DNA from: Candidatus Heimdallarchaeota archaeon
GTDB lineage: Archaea; Asgardarchaeota; Heimdallarchaeia; Hodarchaeales; Hodarchaeaceae
Assembly: GCA_048881705.1 (NCBI GenBank)
Contig: JBHLSH010000002.1
Location: 82,109-146,108, forward strand
Direction of reading: 5' to 3'
DNA: 64,000 nucleotides
In this document: piece after piece, positions 27,352-37,427 of the stretch
How positions within the stretch are numbered: the first letter of the stretch is position 1
Layout: each line of letters opens with the position of its first letter
The notes under the pieces: generated by a model
What the model was told of the DNA's origin: nothing
Database searches by the model: none
Seen by the model: only the letters and a program-made list of their open reading frames with translations
Translations under genes and position numbers: made by a program

Positions 27352-27822
27352 TTAGTTTGAAGTATGATTAGGCTCTGAATTATTGAATTTGAGACCTATG
27401 GGAGGCTTTGTGATCCCATATTTTGGTCCGATCTTGTGAAAAAAATTAGAAACTCCGTAGATCACTCCACCCAATTCACTTCTGAAATTCTCAAAATCAC
27501 AATCGTAGGTCACATGATTGGTCGAAAATACTGAACCATGCGGATCTACTGAATACATAACATCCTTCAATTGCCAATTACTCAGTAGGAGATTCTGGTA
27601 CAATTCTCTTTGATTTTCTGGGAGGATATTATCATGGTGTGCCAGGAGGGAGGCAATTTGAATCCATCCCCCACCCCAATTTATTATGACTGGAAACCGA
27701 AAGTTTTTTTCATTTCCCTCCAACGTGTAAAGGATTACAATCGTATCTCGAATGGATCTGAAGTTTAATCCCATCTTGTTTAACCAAGTGGTAATTTGGC
27801 TTGGAACTTGGTCAGTATTCAT
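27352..27822 (-). CDS. YbjN-domain (T3SS-chaperone-like fold) protein
   Basis: Size and pattern: WIQIASLL, LYQNLLLSNW, DVMYSVDPHG. Confidence 0.55.
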   Translation of the reverse strand: MNTDQVPSQITTWLNKMGLNFRSIRDTIVILYTLEGNEKNFRFPVIINWGGGWIQIASLLAHHDNILPENQRELYQNLLLSNWQLKDVMYSVDPHGSVFSTNHVTYDCDFENFRSELGGVIYGVSNFFHKIGPKYGITKPPIGLKFNNSEPNHTSN

Positions 27823-27887
27823 TTATTGAAACTCATCCTTCTTTATTCAGGGATTTCTCGCTTACTGCAATTACTTTTTGTTAATCC

Positions 27888-28967
27888 TTAAGGGAGCCAT
27901 TTAGTGAGCAGTTCCTCGCCTTGTTCAAGAATCGCACGACAAAAGGAAACTGTATCGAAACAGTCCTTGATGCATCCTATCTCACTAGGGGTATGATTAT
28001 TGCGAGTGGCACAGAGGATTGAGAGGGTAGGAACCCCTTCACCTACAGTTCTAACGGGTCCAGCATCTGTACCCCCAATATTCCAAACTTCCGTTTGAAG
28101 GTTTATCCCACTATCTTTTCCGAGGGTAAGTAGGTAATCTCGCACATGTGGAGGCACCAGACTAGATTTGTCGGAAAGCGTTAGTACAGGACCTTTTCCT
28201 AAATGAACTGGGGACTCATCATATGTGACATCCAAAACCAGTGCTCCATCGGGTCGAATCTTTCTTGCGGCGGTTTGAGCCCCCCGACCACCCACTTCTT
28301 CCTCTACTGTCCCTACCAGGTATGTGTCATTTGGAGGCCTTTCTGCAGCAAGCTGTCTGGCGAGTGTAATAAGCCCAAAAATACCAAATCGATTATCCAA
28401 CCGAGGGGCACAAAGAACCAAATCCGTTGATTTTCCCAATAAAGCAGGTTCGTTGGTAAAATGAATTGGATCTCCTGGTTTAATCTCGAGATCCTCTGTT
28501 TCTTTTGCACTTCGACTGTTACCTATATCAATCTCGAAGTTACTCTTTTGATCTACAGTTTTCGCATTCATCACCCCATGAACTAACCCATTACTCGTAC
28601 TGATAGCCACAGGATGGAGATGTAATGCTTTGGTGTCTCTATACCCAAAATTGACACATTTAACGTGGCCATTCGCCATGATGCTATGAACAATGAAACC
28701 ACAGGTATCCATATGCGCCGCAACAAGCCATTTACTTTTCTCTCTCTCAAGTCCTTTAATTCTGCAGATTATCGAACCCAATTTATCAAACTGAATCTCA
28801 CCGAACGGGGTCAGTTTATCTGTCAAGTATTCACGGATGGCCTTCTCAAATCCAGATTGCCCAGGGATTTCAATACAAGACCTTAGATCATCAGGAATTA
28901 AGTCGGTTTCTGACGATAGATGGGACATCGATATGCAAACAACCAGAAAGGGGAATGAAAAAGTCAA
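27888..28967 (-). CDS. M42 family metallopeptidase (TET/endoglucanase-like)
   Basis: Metal ligands AAHMD, LDNRFG, VEEEVG, LDVT; GGTDA and HTPSE. Confidence 0.9.
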   Translation of the reverse strand: MTFSFPFLVVCISMSHLSSETDLIPDDLRSCIEIPGQSGFEKAIREYLTDKLTPFGEIQFDKLGSIICRIKGLEREKSKWLVAAHMDTCGFIVHSIMANGHVKCVNFGYRDTKALHLHPVAISTSNGLVHGVMNAKTVDQKSNFEIDIGNSRSAKETEDLEIKPGDPIHFTNEPALLGKSTDLVLCAPRLDNRFGIFGLITLARQLAAERPPNDTYLVGTVEEEVGGRGAQTAARKIRPDGALVLDVTYDESPVHLGKGPVLTLSDKSSLVPPHVRDYLLTLGKDSGINLQTEVWNIGGTDAGPVRTVGEGVPTLSILCATRNNHTPSEIGCIKDCFDTVSFCRAILEQGEELLTKWLP

Positions 28968-29134
28968 ATAGGAATTGGATATAAAAACAGGTTTGCTATA
29001 AATTCATTCTTCATATCTGAAACTAATGTTAAATTCGGTCTTTACTACCTGGAAATGCTTCTTAATCGTATAAAATACCGGAAACCAGACTAATTAAGGG
29101 AAAGTTCATTTTTTAAAGCTATAATTAATAATTA

Positions 29135-30985
29135 TTAGGGCGGAGCGGTATATTCAACCGGTGTAAGCTGTTCATGACCTGTTGGGGTCCAATCCGCTTC
29201 CTGGTGTCGGAAGTATGTATTGTACAAATCAGCATATTCCCCGCCTTGAGCAAGAAGTGCCTCGTGAGTACCTTCTTCAATAATCTTACCCTTATCAAGG
29301 ACAATAATCCGATCTACGTTTCTTACTGTACTCAAACGATGGGCAATGATAATAGACGTTCTTCCTTTCATCAGTTCTTCTAGAGATTCTTGGATCATAC
29401 TTTCGGTATAAGCGTCGACGCTGGAGGTTGCTTCATCGAGGACGAGTATCTGGGGGTCTGATAATAAAGCACGTGCAAATGAGACGAGTTGACGTTGACC
29501 AGTACTCAATAATCCCCCTGATTCACCTACTTGAGTCTCTAGCCCATCCTTAAGGTACTCTAATATTTCATTTACTCGAGAAACTTCGAGAGCACGATGA
29601 AAATCTTCTCTAGAGGCATCTCTGCGGCCATAAGTTATGTTCTCCTCTATGGTACCATTGAAAAGGAAGGGTGTTTGTAGAACAATTCCTAAATGCTTTC
29701 GATATTCCTTCATTCTGAGATCTCGGATATTCACATCATCAATTAGGATCTTACCATCCTGAAATTCATAAAATCGCGCTAATAATGAGATGATGGATGT
29801 CTTACCCGCCCCAGTGTGGCCCACGATCGCGAGTCTTTCTCCAGGATTAATTGTGAGCGAAAAGTTAGTTAAAACTGGAGCCCCTTCCACATATCTGAAA
29901 TTGACATTTTGAAACTCGATTTTGCCCTCTATCTGGTCAAGAACAACATCTCCCAGATCTTGGACTTCAGGTTCTGTATCAATCACTTCCAATATCCGTT
30001 CGAAACCAGCAAAGCCGGCCTGGATTTGGGCATAAAAATTCACCAACTCTGTGACAGGAAAGAAAAAACGCTCCAAATACGAAAGGAAAACATAAAGAGT
30101 TCCAGCAGATACAAAACCCAGCTCATTAATGGCCTCCTGTCCACCAAATGATAGAATTAATACTGTGCCAAATGCTGCAAGAAAATTAACAAAGGGAAAG
30201 AACATCATCATCGATATGCTGCGGCGAAACCCAGATGCAAAATGCCGTTGGTTAACCTGGCGAAAATCCTCAAGAGTCTCGGTTTCTACCCCCAAAGCTT
30301 TCGACACCTGTATTCCACTAAATGATTCGGCCATGGCCGCGTTGACTGCAGCCGTTGCTCGACGAAAGGACTTTGCTGTGGCCCGGGCAATCCATCTAAA
30401 AAGAAAACTAGCAATCAGGAGAACGGGCACCACAAAGGCCGTAATAAGCGCCAGGGGGAAATTTATTACAGCTAAAACGACGAAGACAGAAAAAACAATC
30501 AGAAAATTCCCCGCAACAGTCATAACAACTGAAACAGCTCCCCCATAGTCTGCCGCGTCAGAGGAAACTCGTGAATTGAGCTTTCCACTTCGATGAGTGT
30601 CAAAGAACTTCATATCTTGCCTCTGGAGCCCATCGAACACATCTCCTCTCAGTGTAACCATGAAATCTGGAACCAGCTTTGAAAACTGGATCCTAATGAG
30701 ATAGTCTCCTATCCAATTTAGTATGCTTAAAACGAAGTACATTAATCCTCCTGTAATTACAACCCATAAGATTAAGTCAGAGGGATTTGTAAGGTTATCA
30801 ATTATATTTGCGAAGAATAAAGGAGCAAGAAGTCCCGTAAAAGTAAGCATAACCATTACAGTGGTTGAGACCAAAATAGGGCGTTTGAATGGTGCCAGAC
30901 GCTTTATGCTGCGAGTAATTAGCTCTCTATCGGAATATTTTCGTTCTAAATCTTGTCTTTCAATCCCTTCAAAAATCCAACCCAT
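29135..30985 (-). CDS. ABC exporter half-transporter (TMD+NBD), subunit with canonical Walker B
   Basis: GHTGAGKT, LSTGQRQ (degenerate signature), LVLDEATS, IAHRL. Confidence 0.93.
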   Translation of the reverse strand: MGWIFEGIERQDLERKYSDRELITRSIKRLAPFKRPILVSTTVMVMLTFTGLLAPLFFANIIDNLTNPSDLILWVVITGGLMYFVLSILNWIGDYLIRIQFSKLVPDFMVTLRGDVFDGLQRQDMKFFDTHRSGKLNSRVSSDAADYGGAVSVVMTVAGNFLIVFSVFVVLAVINFPLALITAFVVPVLLIASFLFRWIARATAKSFRRATAAVNAAMAESFSGIQVSKALGVETETLEDFRQVNQRHFASGFRRSISMMMFFPFVNFLAAFGTVLILSFGGQEAINELGFVSAGTLYVFLSYLERFFFPVTELVNFYAQIQAGFAGFERILEVIDTEPEVQDLGDVVLDQIEGKIEFQNVNFRYVEGAPVLTNFSLTINPGERLAIVGHTGAGKTSIISLLARFYEFQDGKILIDDVNIRDLRMKEYRKHLGIVLQTPFLFNGTIEENITYGRRDASREDFHRALEVSRVNEILEYLKDGLETQVGESGGLLSTGQRQLVSFARALLSDPQILVLDEATSSVDAYTESMIQESLEELMKGRTSIIIAHRLSTVRNVDRIIVLDKGKIIEEGTHEALLAQGGEYADLYNTYFRHQEADWTPTGHEQLTPVEYTAPP

Positions 30986-30996
30986 AATAGTTCCTC

Positions 30997-32835
30997 CTAT
31001 GAGGTCATTGCTGCAAATGGAGGGTCCTCACGTAATGGCGGCAAATCTGCACCCTTGCCAAAGATACGTCTGTAATCAGGAGATGAATAGATTAATCTGG
31101 AATGATGACCTTGTGCTACAATCTTTGCTCCTTTGATAACGACCACACAGTCCGCTTTTCGGATGGTCGACAGTCTATGTGTTATGATAAATGTGGTTCG
31201 TCCTTGACTGACTGCATTGATAGCCTTATACATTTCTTCCTCTGTCTTAGAATCGACAGAGCTTGTTGAATCATCCAATATTAGTATACGAGGATCCGTG
31301 ATAAAAGTACGAGCTAGAGCGATTCTTTGTCGCTGACCACCCGATAATTGTGATCCCCCTTCGCCTACATTTGTTTCATACCCCTCCTTAAGAACTGTTG
31401 TAATAAATTCATGAGCTTGCGCTAAATTTGCGGCAGTTTCAATCTTGGTTTGTCCAGCCTGACGGTTTCCAAACCCTATGTTCTCTTTGACAGATCTAGG
31501 GAACAAGTATATGTCCTGTTCTATAAGACCAATGTTCTTCCGAAGTGATTCCAAGGTATAATCTTTGATATCCACGCCATCGATTGAAATTGTCCCTTCA
31601 TATTCATAAAGCCTGAGCAATAGTTTGGTTAGAGACGATTTACCTGCTCCTGTGGGCCCTACTATGGCAATAGTTTGCCCGGGTGCTACCGTCAAAGAAA
31701 TATCTTCCAGTATCCATGTTTTAGAAGAGGGATATTTGAAAGAAACATTCTCAAACTTTATCAATCCTTGAATATTGTCCAAAACTTTCTTGGTTTGGAT
31801 TTCATTCTCCCCTGCTTCTCGAATCTCCATGGAATGGATACGTCTCCCTCCAGCTATTCCCGCAGCTGCAATATCAATTCCCCAGGAAATAATGTAAGTA
31901 GGCACCAATAAAGTATAGAGTAGTCCATGAAAAGCGACCAAAGTGCCGATGGTCATTTCTTGAGCTAATACAAATAACGAACCAATTGCAACCGACGTAC
32001 CTATCGCTGCAAAAAGAACAAGAGTTGGAAAATAACGAGCTTGTACTATTTGACGCTTTTCCCAAGTATCGCGAAAATCTAGGACGAATTTCATAAATTT
32101 TTCTCGCTCATAGGATTCTTCCGCGAACGCACGAACAACGGCAGCTCCTGTGATATTGTCTTGAACCGCAGTAGCGATTGCACCCCACTTTCTCATGAAA
32201 GTCTTGCTGATTGGTGTCATGTTCTTGTTATAGCTAAATATGGCCCATATGTAGGCGATAAGAAATGGTATAGAGAGTAATACCAATTGTGGAGACTGTA
32301 ACACGGCAAGGACAAGGAAGGCAGAAAATAAAATCGAAATAAAAACATCTGCTAACATGCCTAGACCAGGACTAATCATTCCACCCAATTGTCCTAGATC
32401 ATTGGTAGTAAGGGCCATCAATTCTCCAGTCTGGACGCTATCGTGAAATTGTAGAGGTTTGTTCTGCATAGAATCAAAGAATTCTTCTCGAATTCTTCGT
32501 TGGGCATTCCAGGAGAGATATTCATTGGCAAGAGTAGTAAAAATCGAAATGATGAGTTGGAGGAGTCCCAATATTAATAAGATCGCAACAAAGTTTGCAA
32601 GTAGACCCAATTTTTGGGCCGTTGTGTATATTCCATTCACATCGATAATTGCAGTATCCAACGCGTTCCCAAGAATAATAGGAATGCTTAGTCTTGTGAA
32701 AATAACTCCAACGGTACCAATCAGAACAACCAAGATGATCAGAGGATTGGCAAAGAGGTGCCCAAGTAGCCACCTGCGAAATGATATGGAGGACGGTACT
32801 ACGTGCGGAGGAGACTCAGAACTCATTTGGTTCAA
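30997..32835 (-). CDS. ABC exporter half-transporter (TMD+NBD), subunit with degenerate Walker B; heterodimer partner of 29135-30985
   Basis: GPTGAGKS, LSGGQRQR, ILILDDSTS. The asymmetry matches TM287/288-type heterodimers; 11-bp gap to the partner. Confidence 0.93.
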   Translation of the reverse strand: MNQMSSESPPHVVPSSISFRRWLLGHLFANPLIILVVLIGTVGVIFTRLSIPIILGNALDTAIIDVNGIYTTAQKLGLLANFVAILLILGLLQLIISIFTTLANEYLSWNAQRRIREEFFDSMQNKPLQFHDSVQTGELMALTTNDLGQLGGMISPGLGMLADVFISILFSAFLVLAVLQSPQLVLLSIPFLIAYIWAIFSYNKNMTPISKTFMRKWGAIATAVQDNITGAAVVRAFAEESYEREKFMKFVLDFRDTWEKRQIVQARYFPTLVLFAAIGTSVAIGSLFVLAQEMTIGTLVAFHGLLYTLLVPTYIISWGIDIAAAGIAGGRRIHSMEIREAGENEIQTKKVLDNIQGLIKFENVSFKYPSSKTWILEDISLTVAPGQTIAIVGPTGAGKSSLTKLLLRLYEYEGTISIDGVDIKDYTLESLRKNIGLIEQDIYLFPRSVKENIGFGNRQAGQTKIETAANLAQAHEFITTVLKEGYETNVGEGGSQLSGGQRQRIALARTFITDPRILILDDSTSSVDSKTEEEMYKAINAVSQGRTTFIITHRLSTIRKADCVVVIKGAKIVAQGHHSRLIYSSPDYRRIFGKGADLPPLREDPPFAAMTS

Positions 32836-33287
32836 CCATAGCTGGTAGAATTTTGCACCACTTATAAGAGAGATTTTTCGGGCAAAATTCGGGTTTATTT
32901 TCTATTATTTTAATTAAATAGATTGCCAAAACTGTAGGAACAGTTCCCCTTTATCTCTATTTTAGAAAATCCATAGCTAATGATGATCTAGATGATCAAC
33001 TCATATATCTCCCTCTGGGGCACTATGATACAACTCATTTCATGAACCTTTACTATTTCCTCTATAAATTGATCAGGAATACTATTTCGGAAAATTAATG
33101 GATTTTTATTTTGATATTTTAGTACAAACTTTATATCAATCTTCCTAACCCCGAAATACAGGAGCGCCTGGTAAGTAAATTTCGTGAATATTCAGTAAAT
33201 TATTTTTTCTTTCCATATTTCTCGCCAGGCCGTGTTTTTCGGGAATTCTGATTACCACCTCAGAAGGTCTTAAAAGGGCTTGATAAT

Positions 33288-36200
33288 TTGCGTAGTACTG
33301 CGATGAGTGACCTCAAGAAGGAGTTTATTTACGTTCAAAAAGCAAGGGTTCATAATCTCAAGGAGTTAACTCTCAAAATTCCGCGAAATCAGCTTGTTGT
33401 TATAACAGGGGTGAGCGGCAGCGGTAAGTCAAGTTTGGCTTTTGACGTGATCTTTGCGGAAGGCCAACGGCGATACGTAGAATCCTTGAGTGCCTATGCC
33501 CGACAATTCTTGGGAAGAATGCAAAAACCAGATGTGGACCTAATTGAAGGTCTTAGTCCCGCCGTCTCGATAGAGCAGAAAACAACATCTAAGAATCCCA
33601 GAAGTACTGTGGGAACACAGACCGAAATTTTTGATTATTTACGCCTTCTTTTCGCTAATATAGGTACGCCTCATTGTACGAACTGCGGTAAAGAACTGAG
33701 TATTCAATCTCCCCAATCTATTACCCAAACTATTCTAACATGGGACGAGGGCACAAAAATTAAGATTTTGGCACCGATTATACGAGGAAAAAAGGGGACT
33801 CACCATACTCAATGGGATAGGCTCCTTGAGTTGGGATACGTTCGGTCAAGAGTAGATGGTATAGAATACGAACTTGATAATCCCCCTACATTAGACAGAT
33901 ATAAGATTCACACGATTGAAGTGGTGATCGATCGTTTAATCATTAAACCATCCATTAAATCCCGCCTTACAGAGGCAGTGGAGCAAGCCCTTTCTTTAGG
34001 GGAAGGAGTTGTGATTATTAGTAAAATCGGCAATGGTGATGACAATAAGGAAGAAGATTTCTTCTTTTCAGAGAATTACGCTTGTGCAGAATGTGAACTG
34101 TCATATGAAGAGCTCAAACCCCGTAATTTCAGTTTTAACTCCCCCTGGGGACATTGCCCGGATTGTCAAGGATTGGGTACTCAGTTAAGAATTGATCCGG
34201 ACCTGATAATCACCAATCCTGGACTTTCGTTCCGAGACGGGGGAATAATGGATAAACCATTAAAACCTGGCACCTGGCGATACAGCTATTACACCTCCTT
34301 AGGAAAGGCCTGGGACGACTTTGATGTTGATTTACCTCTTAAGGATCATCCACCAGGGGTTATTAAGCGATTACTCCATGGTTCGAACCAAAGAATGAGT
34401 ATCGTATTTGAATCCGAACGATCCAAGTGGGAATCAAAGCAACATCAGCACGAAGGGATTATAAACACTATTTGGCGTCGTTATCGTGAAACGAAGAGTG
34501 ATGGGGCACGTAGATATTACGAGCGATTCATGCGGAAAGATCACTGTGAGGCTTGCGGGGGACGTCGGTTGAAACCCGAGTCCTTAGCTGTAACAATTCA
34601 GGGTAAGAATATTATGGAGGTAGCGGAGATGACGATAGAAAAAGCTCAAACGTGGTTGGTATCCCTTCGACCAGATCTGACTGAAACCCAACTTAAGATC
34701 GCACGAAATATCCTTCGAGAAATCGAAGCCCGTTTAGAATTCTTAATATCTGTGGGCCTTCCCTACTTGACATTGGGAAGGGCCTCAATGACACTTAGTG
34801 GAGGAGAGAGTCAACGGATTCGACTCGCAACTCAAATAGGTTCTGCATTGGTTGGAGTAACTTATGTCCTGGATGAACCTTCTATTGGACTTCATTCTCG
34901 TGATCAAAGCAAACTGCTTGCCTCCTTGAAGAATTTAAGAGCCATAGGGAATACTATCTTGGCGGTCGAGCATGACCATCAAACTATCTTGGCTGCAGAT
35001 CATGTTATAGATCTAGGGCCTGGGGCAGGTATCCATGGTGGTACCCTAGTCGCTCAGGGGAGTCCTCAAGATATCATGGGGTCTCAACATTCAATTACCG
35101 GAGAGTATCTTTCAGGACGTAGGAGGATCGAAATCCCAAAGGAGAGGCGAGCTGGAAACGGAAAAGCCGTTACCATTATCGGAGCTTCTGCGAATAACCT
35201 CAAGAATATTACTGTTCAATTTCCCCTGGGTCGTCTAATTTGTTTGACGGGGGTGAGCGGCAGCGGAAAATCTACTCTGATGAATGACACGCTTTATCGT
35301 GGATTGATGAAGTATCTTCACGGATCGAAAAAAAGGGTTGGAGAACATAATCAATTCAAGGGTTTAGAGTACATTGACAAGGTGATCAATATTGACCAAA
35401 GTCCTATTGGCCGAACGCCACGCAGTAATCCAGTTACATATACAGGAGTTTGGGATGATATCCGTAAGCTTTATGCCCAGGTTAAAGAAGCCAAGGTTCG
35501 TGGTTATAAGCCTGGACGGTTCAGCTTTAACGTGAAGGGAGGTCGTTGCGAAACATGTCATGGCGGGGGTAGAATTAAAATCGAGTTATCCTTCCTGCCC
35601 GATGTATGGATCCAATGCGATGATTGCAAGGGACTCAGATATAATACTGACACCCTAGAAATCCGCTATAAAGGGAAAAACATTTCAGATGTTTTGAACT
35701 TGACCGTTGAAGAAGGACTTGAATTTTTCTCCAATATACCTAGGATTAAGCATAAACTTCAGACCATTGACGATGTAGGCTTGGGTTATATCCAGCTTGG
35801 GCAACCCGCAACTACTCTTTCTGGAGGAGAAGCCCAAAGGGTCAAGCTGGCGAAGGAATTGGCGAAACGATCTACTGGAAAAACGTTTTATATTCTTGAT
35901 GAACCAACAACGGGATTGTCAACCCACGACATTTCCTATCTTCTCGCAGTACTGCAGAGGCTAGTTAAAGAGGGGAACACCATAGTTGTTATAGAACATA
36001 ATTTAGAAGTCGTAAAATCAGCGGATTGGATTATCGAATTAGGTCCAGAGGGAGGCGATAATGGAGGCCTAGTTCTTGCCACAGGAACTCCCGAAGAAAT
36101 TTCTAGAATTGAATGTCCGACAGGCTTTTATCTCAGAGATATACTTCTAGGAACAGCAGAAGCTCCTAATCATGAAGTTCCCGTAAAAACGACAAATTGA
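33288..36200 (+). CDS. uvrA: Excinuclease ABC subunit A (start probably ATG 33303)
   Basis: Two TGVSGSGKS Walker A motifs, two LSGGE signatures, zinc fingers, EGQRRYVESLS. Confidence 0.98.
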   Translation: MRSTAMSDLKKEFIYVQKARVHNLKELTLKIPRNQLVVITGVSGSGKSSLAFDVIFAEGQRRYVESLSAYARQFLGRMQKPDVDLIEGLSPAVSIEQKTTSKNPRSTVGTQTEIFDYLRLLFANIGTPHCTNCGKELSIQSPQSITQTILTWDEGTKIKILAPIIRGKKGTHHTQWDRLLELGYVRSRVDGIEYELDNPPTLDRYKIHTIEVVIDRLIIKPSIKSRLTEAVEQALSLGEGVVIISKIGNGDDNKEEDFFFSENYACAECELSYEELKPRNFSFNSPWGHCPDCQGLGTQLRIDPDLIITNPGLSFRDGGIMDKPLKPGTWRYSYYTSLGKAWDDFDVDLPLKDHPPGVIKRLLHGSNQRMSIVFESERSKWESKQHQHEGIINTIWRRYRETKSDGARRYYERFMRKDHCEACGGRRLKPESLAVTIQGKNIMEVAEMTIEKAQTWLVSLRPDLTETQLKIARNILREIEARLEFLISVGLPYLTLGRASMTLSGGESQRIRLATQIGSALVGVTYVLDEPSIGLHSRDQSKLLASLKNLRAIGNTILAVEHDHQTILAADHVIDLGPGAGIHGGTLVAQGSPQDIMGSQHSITGEYLSGRRRIEIPKERRAGNGKAVTIIGASANNLKNITVQFPLGRLICLTGVSGSGKSTLMNDTLYRGLMKYLHGSKKRVGEHNQFKGLEYIDKVINIDQSPIGRTPRSNPVTYTGVWDDIRKLYAQVKEAKVRGYKPGRFSFNVKGGRCETCHGGGRIKIELSFLPDVWIQCDDCKGLRYNTDTLEIRYKGKNISDVLNLTVEEGLEFFSNIPRIKHKLQTIDDVGLGYIQLGQPATTLSGGEAQRVKLAKELAKRSTGKTFYILDEPTTGLSTHDISYLLAVLQRLVKEGNTIVVIEHNLEVVKSADWIIELGPEGGDNGGLVLATGTPEEISRIECPTGFYLRDILLGTAEAPNHEVPVKTTN

Positions 36201-36296
36201 TGAGTCAATGATCGTTCAAATCCACGGAACTATTATATTCGAGGTTTTTTTACCGGGATCTGCGCATTAATTCCATGAGAAATCAGCCAATCTCCC

Positions 36297-37427
36297 ATGA
36301 TTCTGGTGCTGAATGCCCCTATGCCCTCGTCAACTGAAGAGTTAATCGACTTCGATTCTTTAACTCAAATGACTCAAATGATATTCTCACCATCAGGATA
36401 CTCGGTTCAGATTAAAGATCAAAATCATACCATCGTATGGGAGGATGGAGTTTCCCTCGAACATCGCAAACCCAAAGTTGGTCATAAATGTTATAGAGTC
36501 AATTTTGGGAGATCTGAACCATGTTCGGAATGTTTATTGCTTCAAACAAAACTATCTGGCCTTCCTGCGGTAAAGGAAGATCGTCATCTAGGAGATGGCA
36601 AATGGTATAGTGTCCTGGCACTTCCGATTCTTTATCAAGGGGAAATAATGACATTAGAACTGATCAAGGAGATAACCAGAGAAAAAAGAAATGCGCAACA
36701 ATTGAAATTTGCCTCTTCAAAAGATGCGTTTTTTACCGATATCCTGGTACATGACCTCTTGAATTATCTTTCAATCACAAGTTTAACATTAGAGGATTTG
36801 GAGAAACGAAGAATCCCAGATTATGATAATATTGGCCAAGCTATTCAGATTGCTAGAAAAAACGCCATAAAAGCAATGGAAATTCTGAGTGAGTTACGAA
36901 ATTTAAGAGTTGAAGCCGAAACTGAACTTTATCCTGTTTCAATTGTAACTACCTTAAAAGAAACCATTGGGGAACTTCAATCCCTTTATACTAGCAAAGA
37001 AATCCGAGTTAATTACAAACTGGATGTAGATTCCCTGGAACCCACAGTTCTAGCCAACAAGCTACTTTCAATTCTTTTTCTAAATATCCTGAAGAATTCA
37101 GTAAGTAATACTCCCTCAAATCCCGTACAGATTGAAATCGAGATCAATCAGGGTAGTGATATCAAGGAAATTCATGAAATCAAGATCAGCGACTGGGGAA
37201 AAGGAATATCCCCCAAAATGAGACCCATTTTGTTTGATCCGAAAGCAAGAAAAAGAGAAGGATGGAAAACTGCCCCAGATTCTCTTGGATTAGGGATGAC
37301 AATCATTAAAACCCTAGTCGATCTGTTTGGTGGAGAAATTAAGTACGACAGCAGAGTATTGGAAGACTGGAGCCAAGGAACAACGGTAACTCTTAAACTT
37401 CCGCGAGTTCAGAGTTTTGAAACCTAG
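36297..37427 (+). CDS. Cytoplasmic sensor histidine kinase with Cys-containing PAS-like input domain
   Basis: H-box ILVHDLLNY, N-box NILKNSV, G1 ISDWGKGI, G2 GLGMTII; N-terminal KCYRVNFGRSEPCSEC. Confidence 0.85.
   Translation: MILVLNAPMPSSTEELIDFDSLTQMTQMIFSPSGYSVQIKDQNHTIVWEDGVSLEHRKPKVGHKCYRVNFGRSEPCSECLLLQTKLSGLPAVKEDRHLGDGKWYSVLALPILYQGEIMTLELIKEITREKRNAQQLKFASSKDAFFTDILVHDLLNYLSITSLTLEDLEKRRIPDYDNIGQAIQIARKNAIKAMEILSELRNLRVEAETELYPVSIVTTLKETIGELQSLYTSKEIRVNYKLDVDSLEPTVLANKLLSILFLNILKNSVSNTPSNPVQIEIEINQGSDIKEIHEIKISDWGKGISPKMRPILFDPKARKREGWKTAPDSLGLGMTIIKTLVDLFGGEIKYDSRVLEDWSQGTTVTLKLPRVQSFET

Noticed and set aside
29135-32835. Degenerate ABC motifs as a novelty
   Set aside because: Asymmetric LSTGQ/DE and LSGGQ/DD sites are the well-known pattern of heterodimeric ABC exporters.
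33408-35266. 17-nt direct repeat GGGGTGAGCGGCAGCGG at 33408 and 35250
   Set aside because: Both encode the GVSGSG Walker A of UvrA's two ATPase domains; explained by protein conservation.
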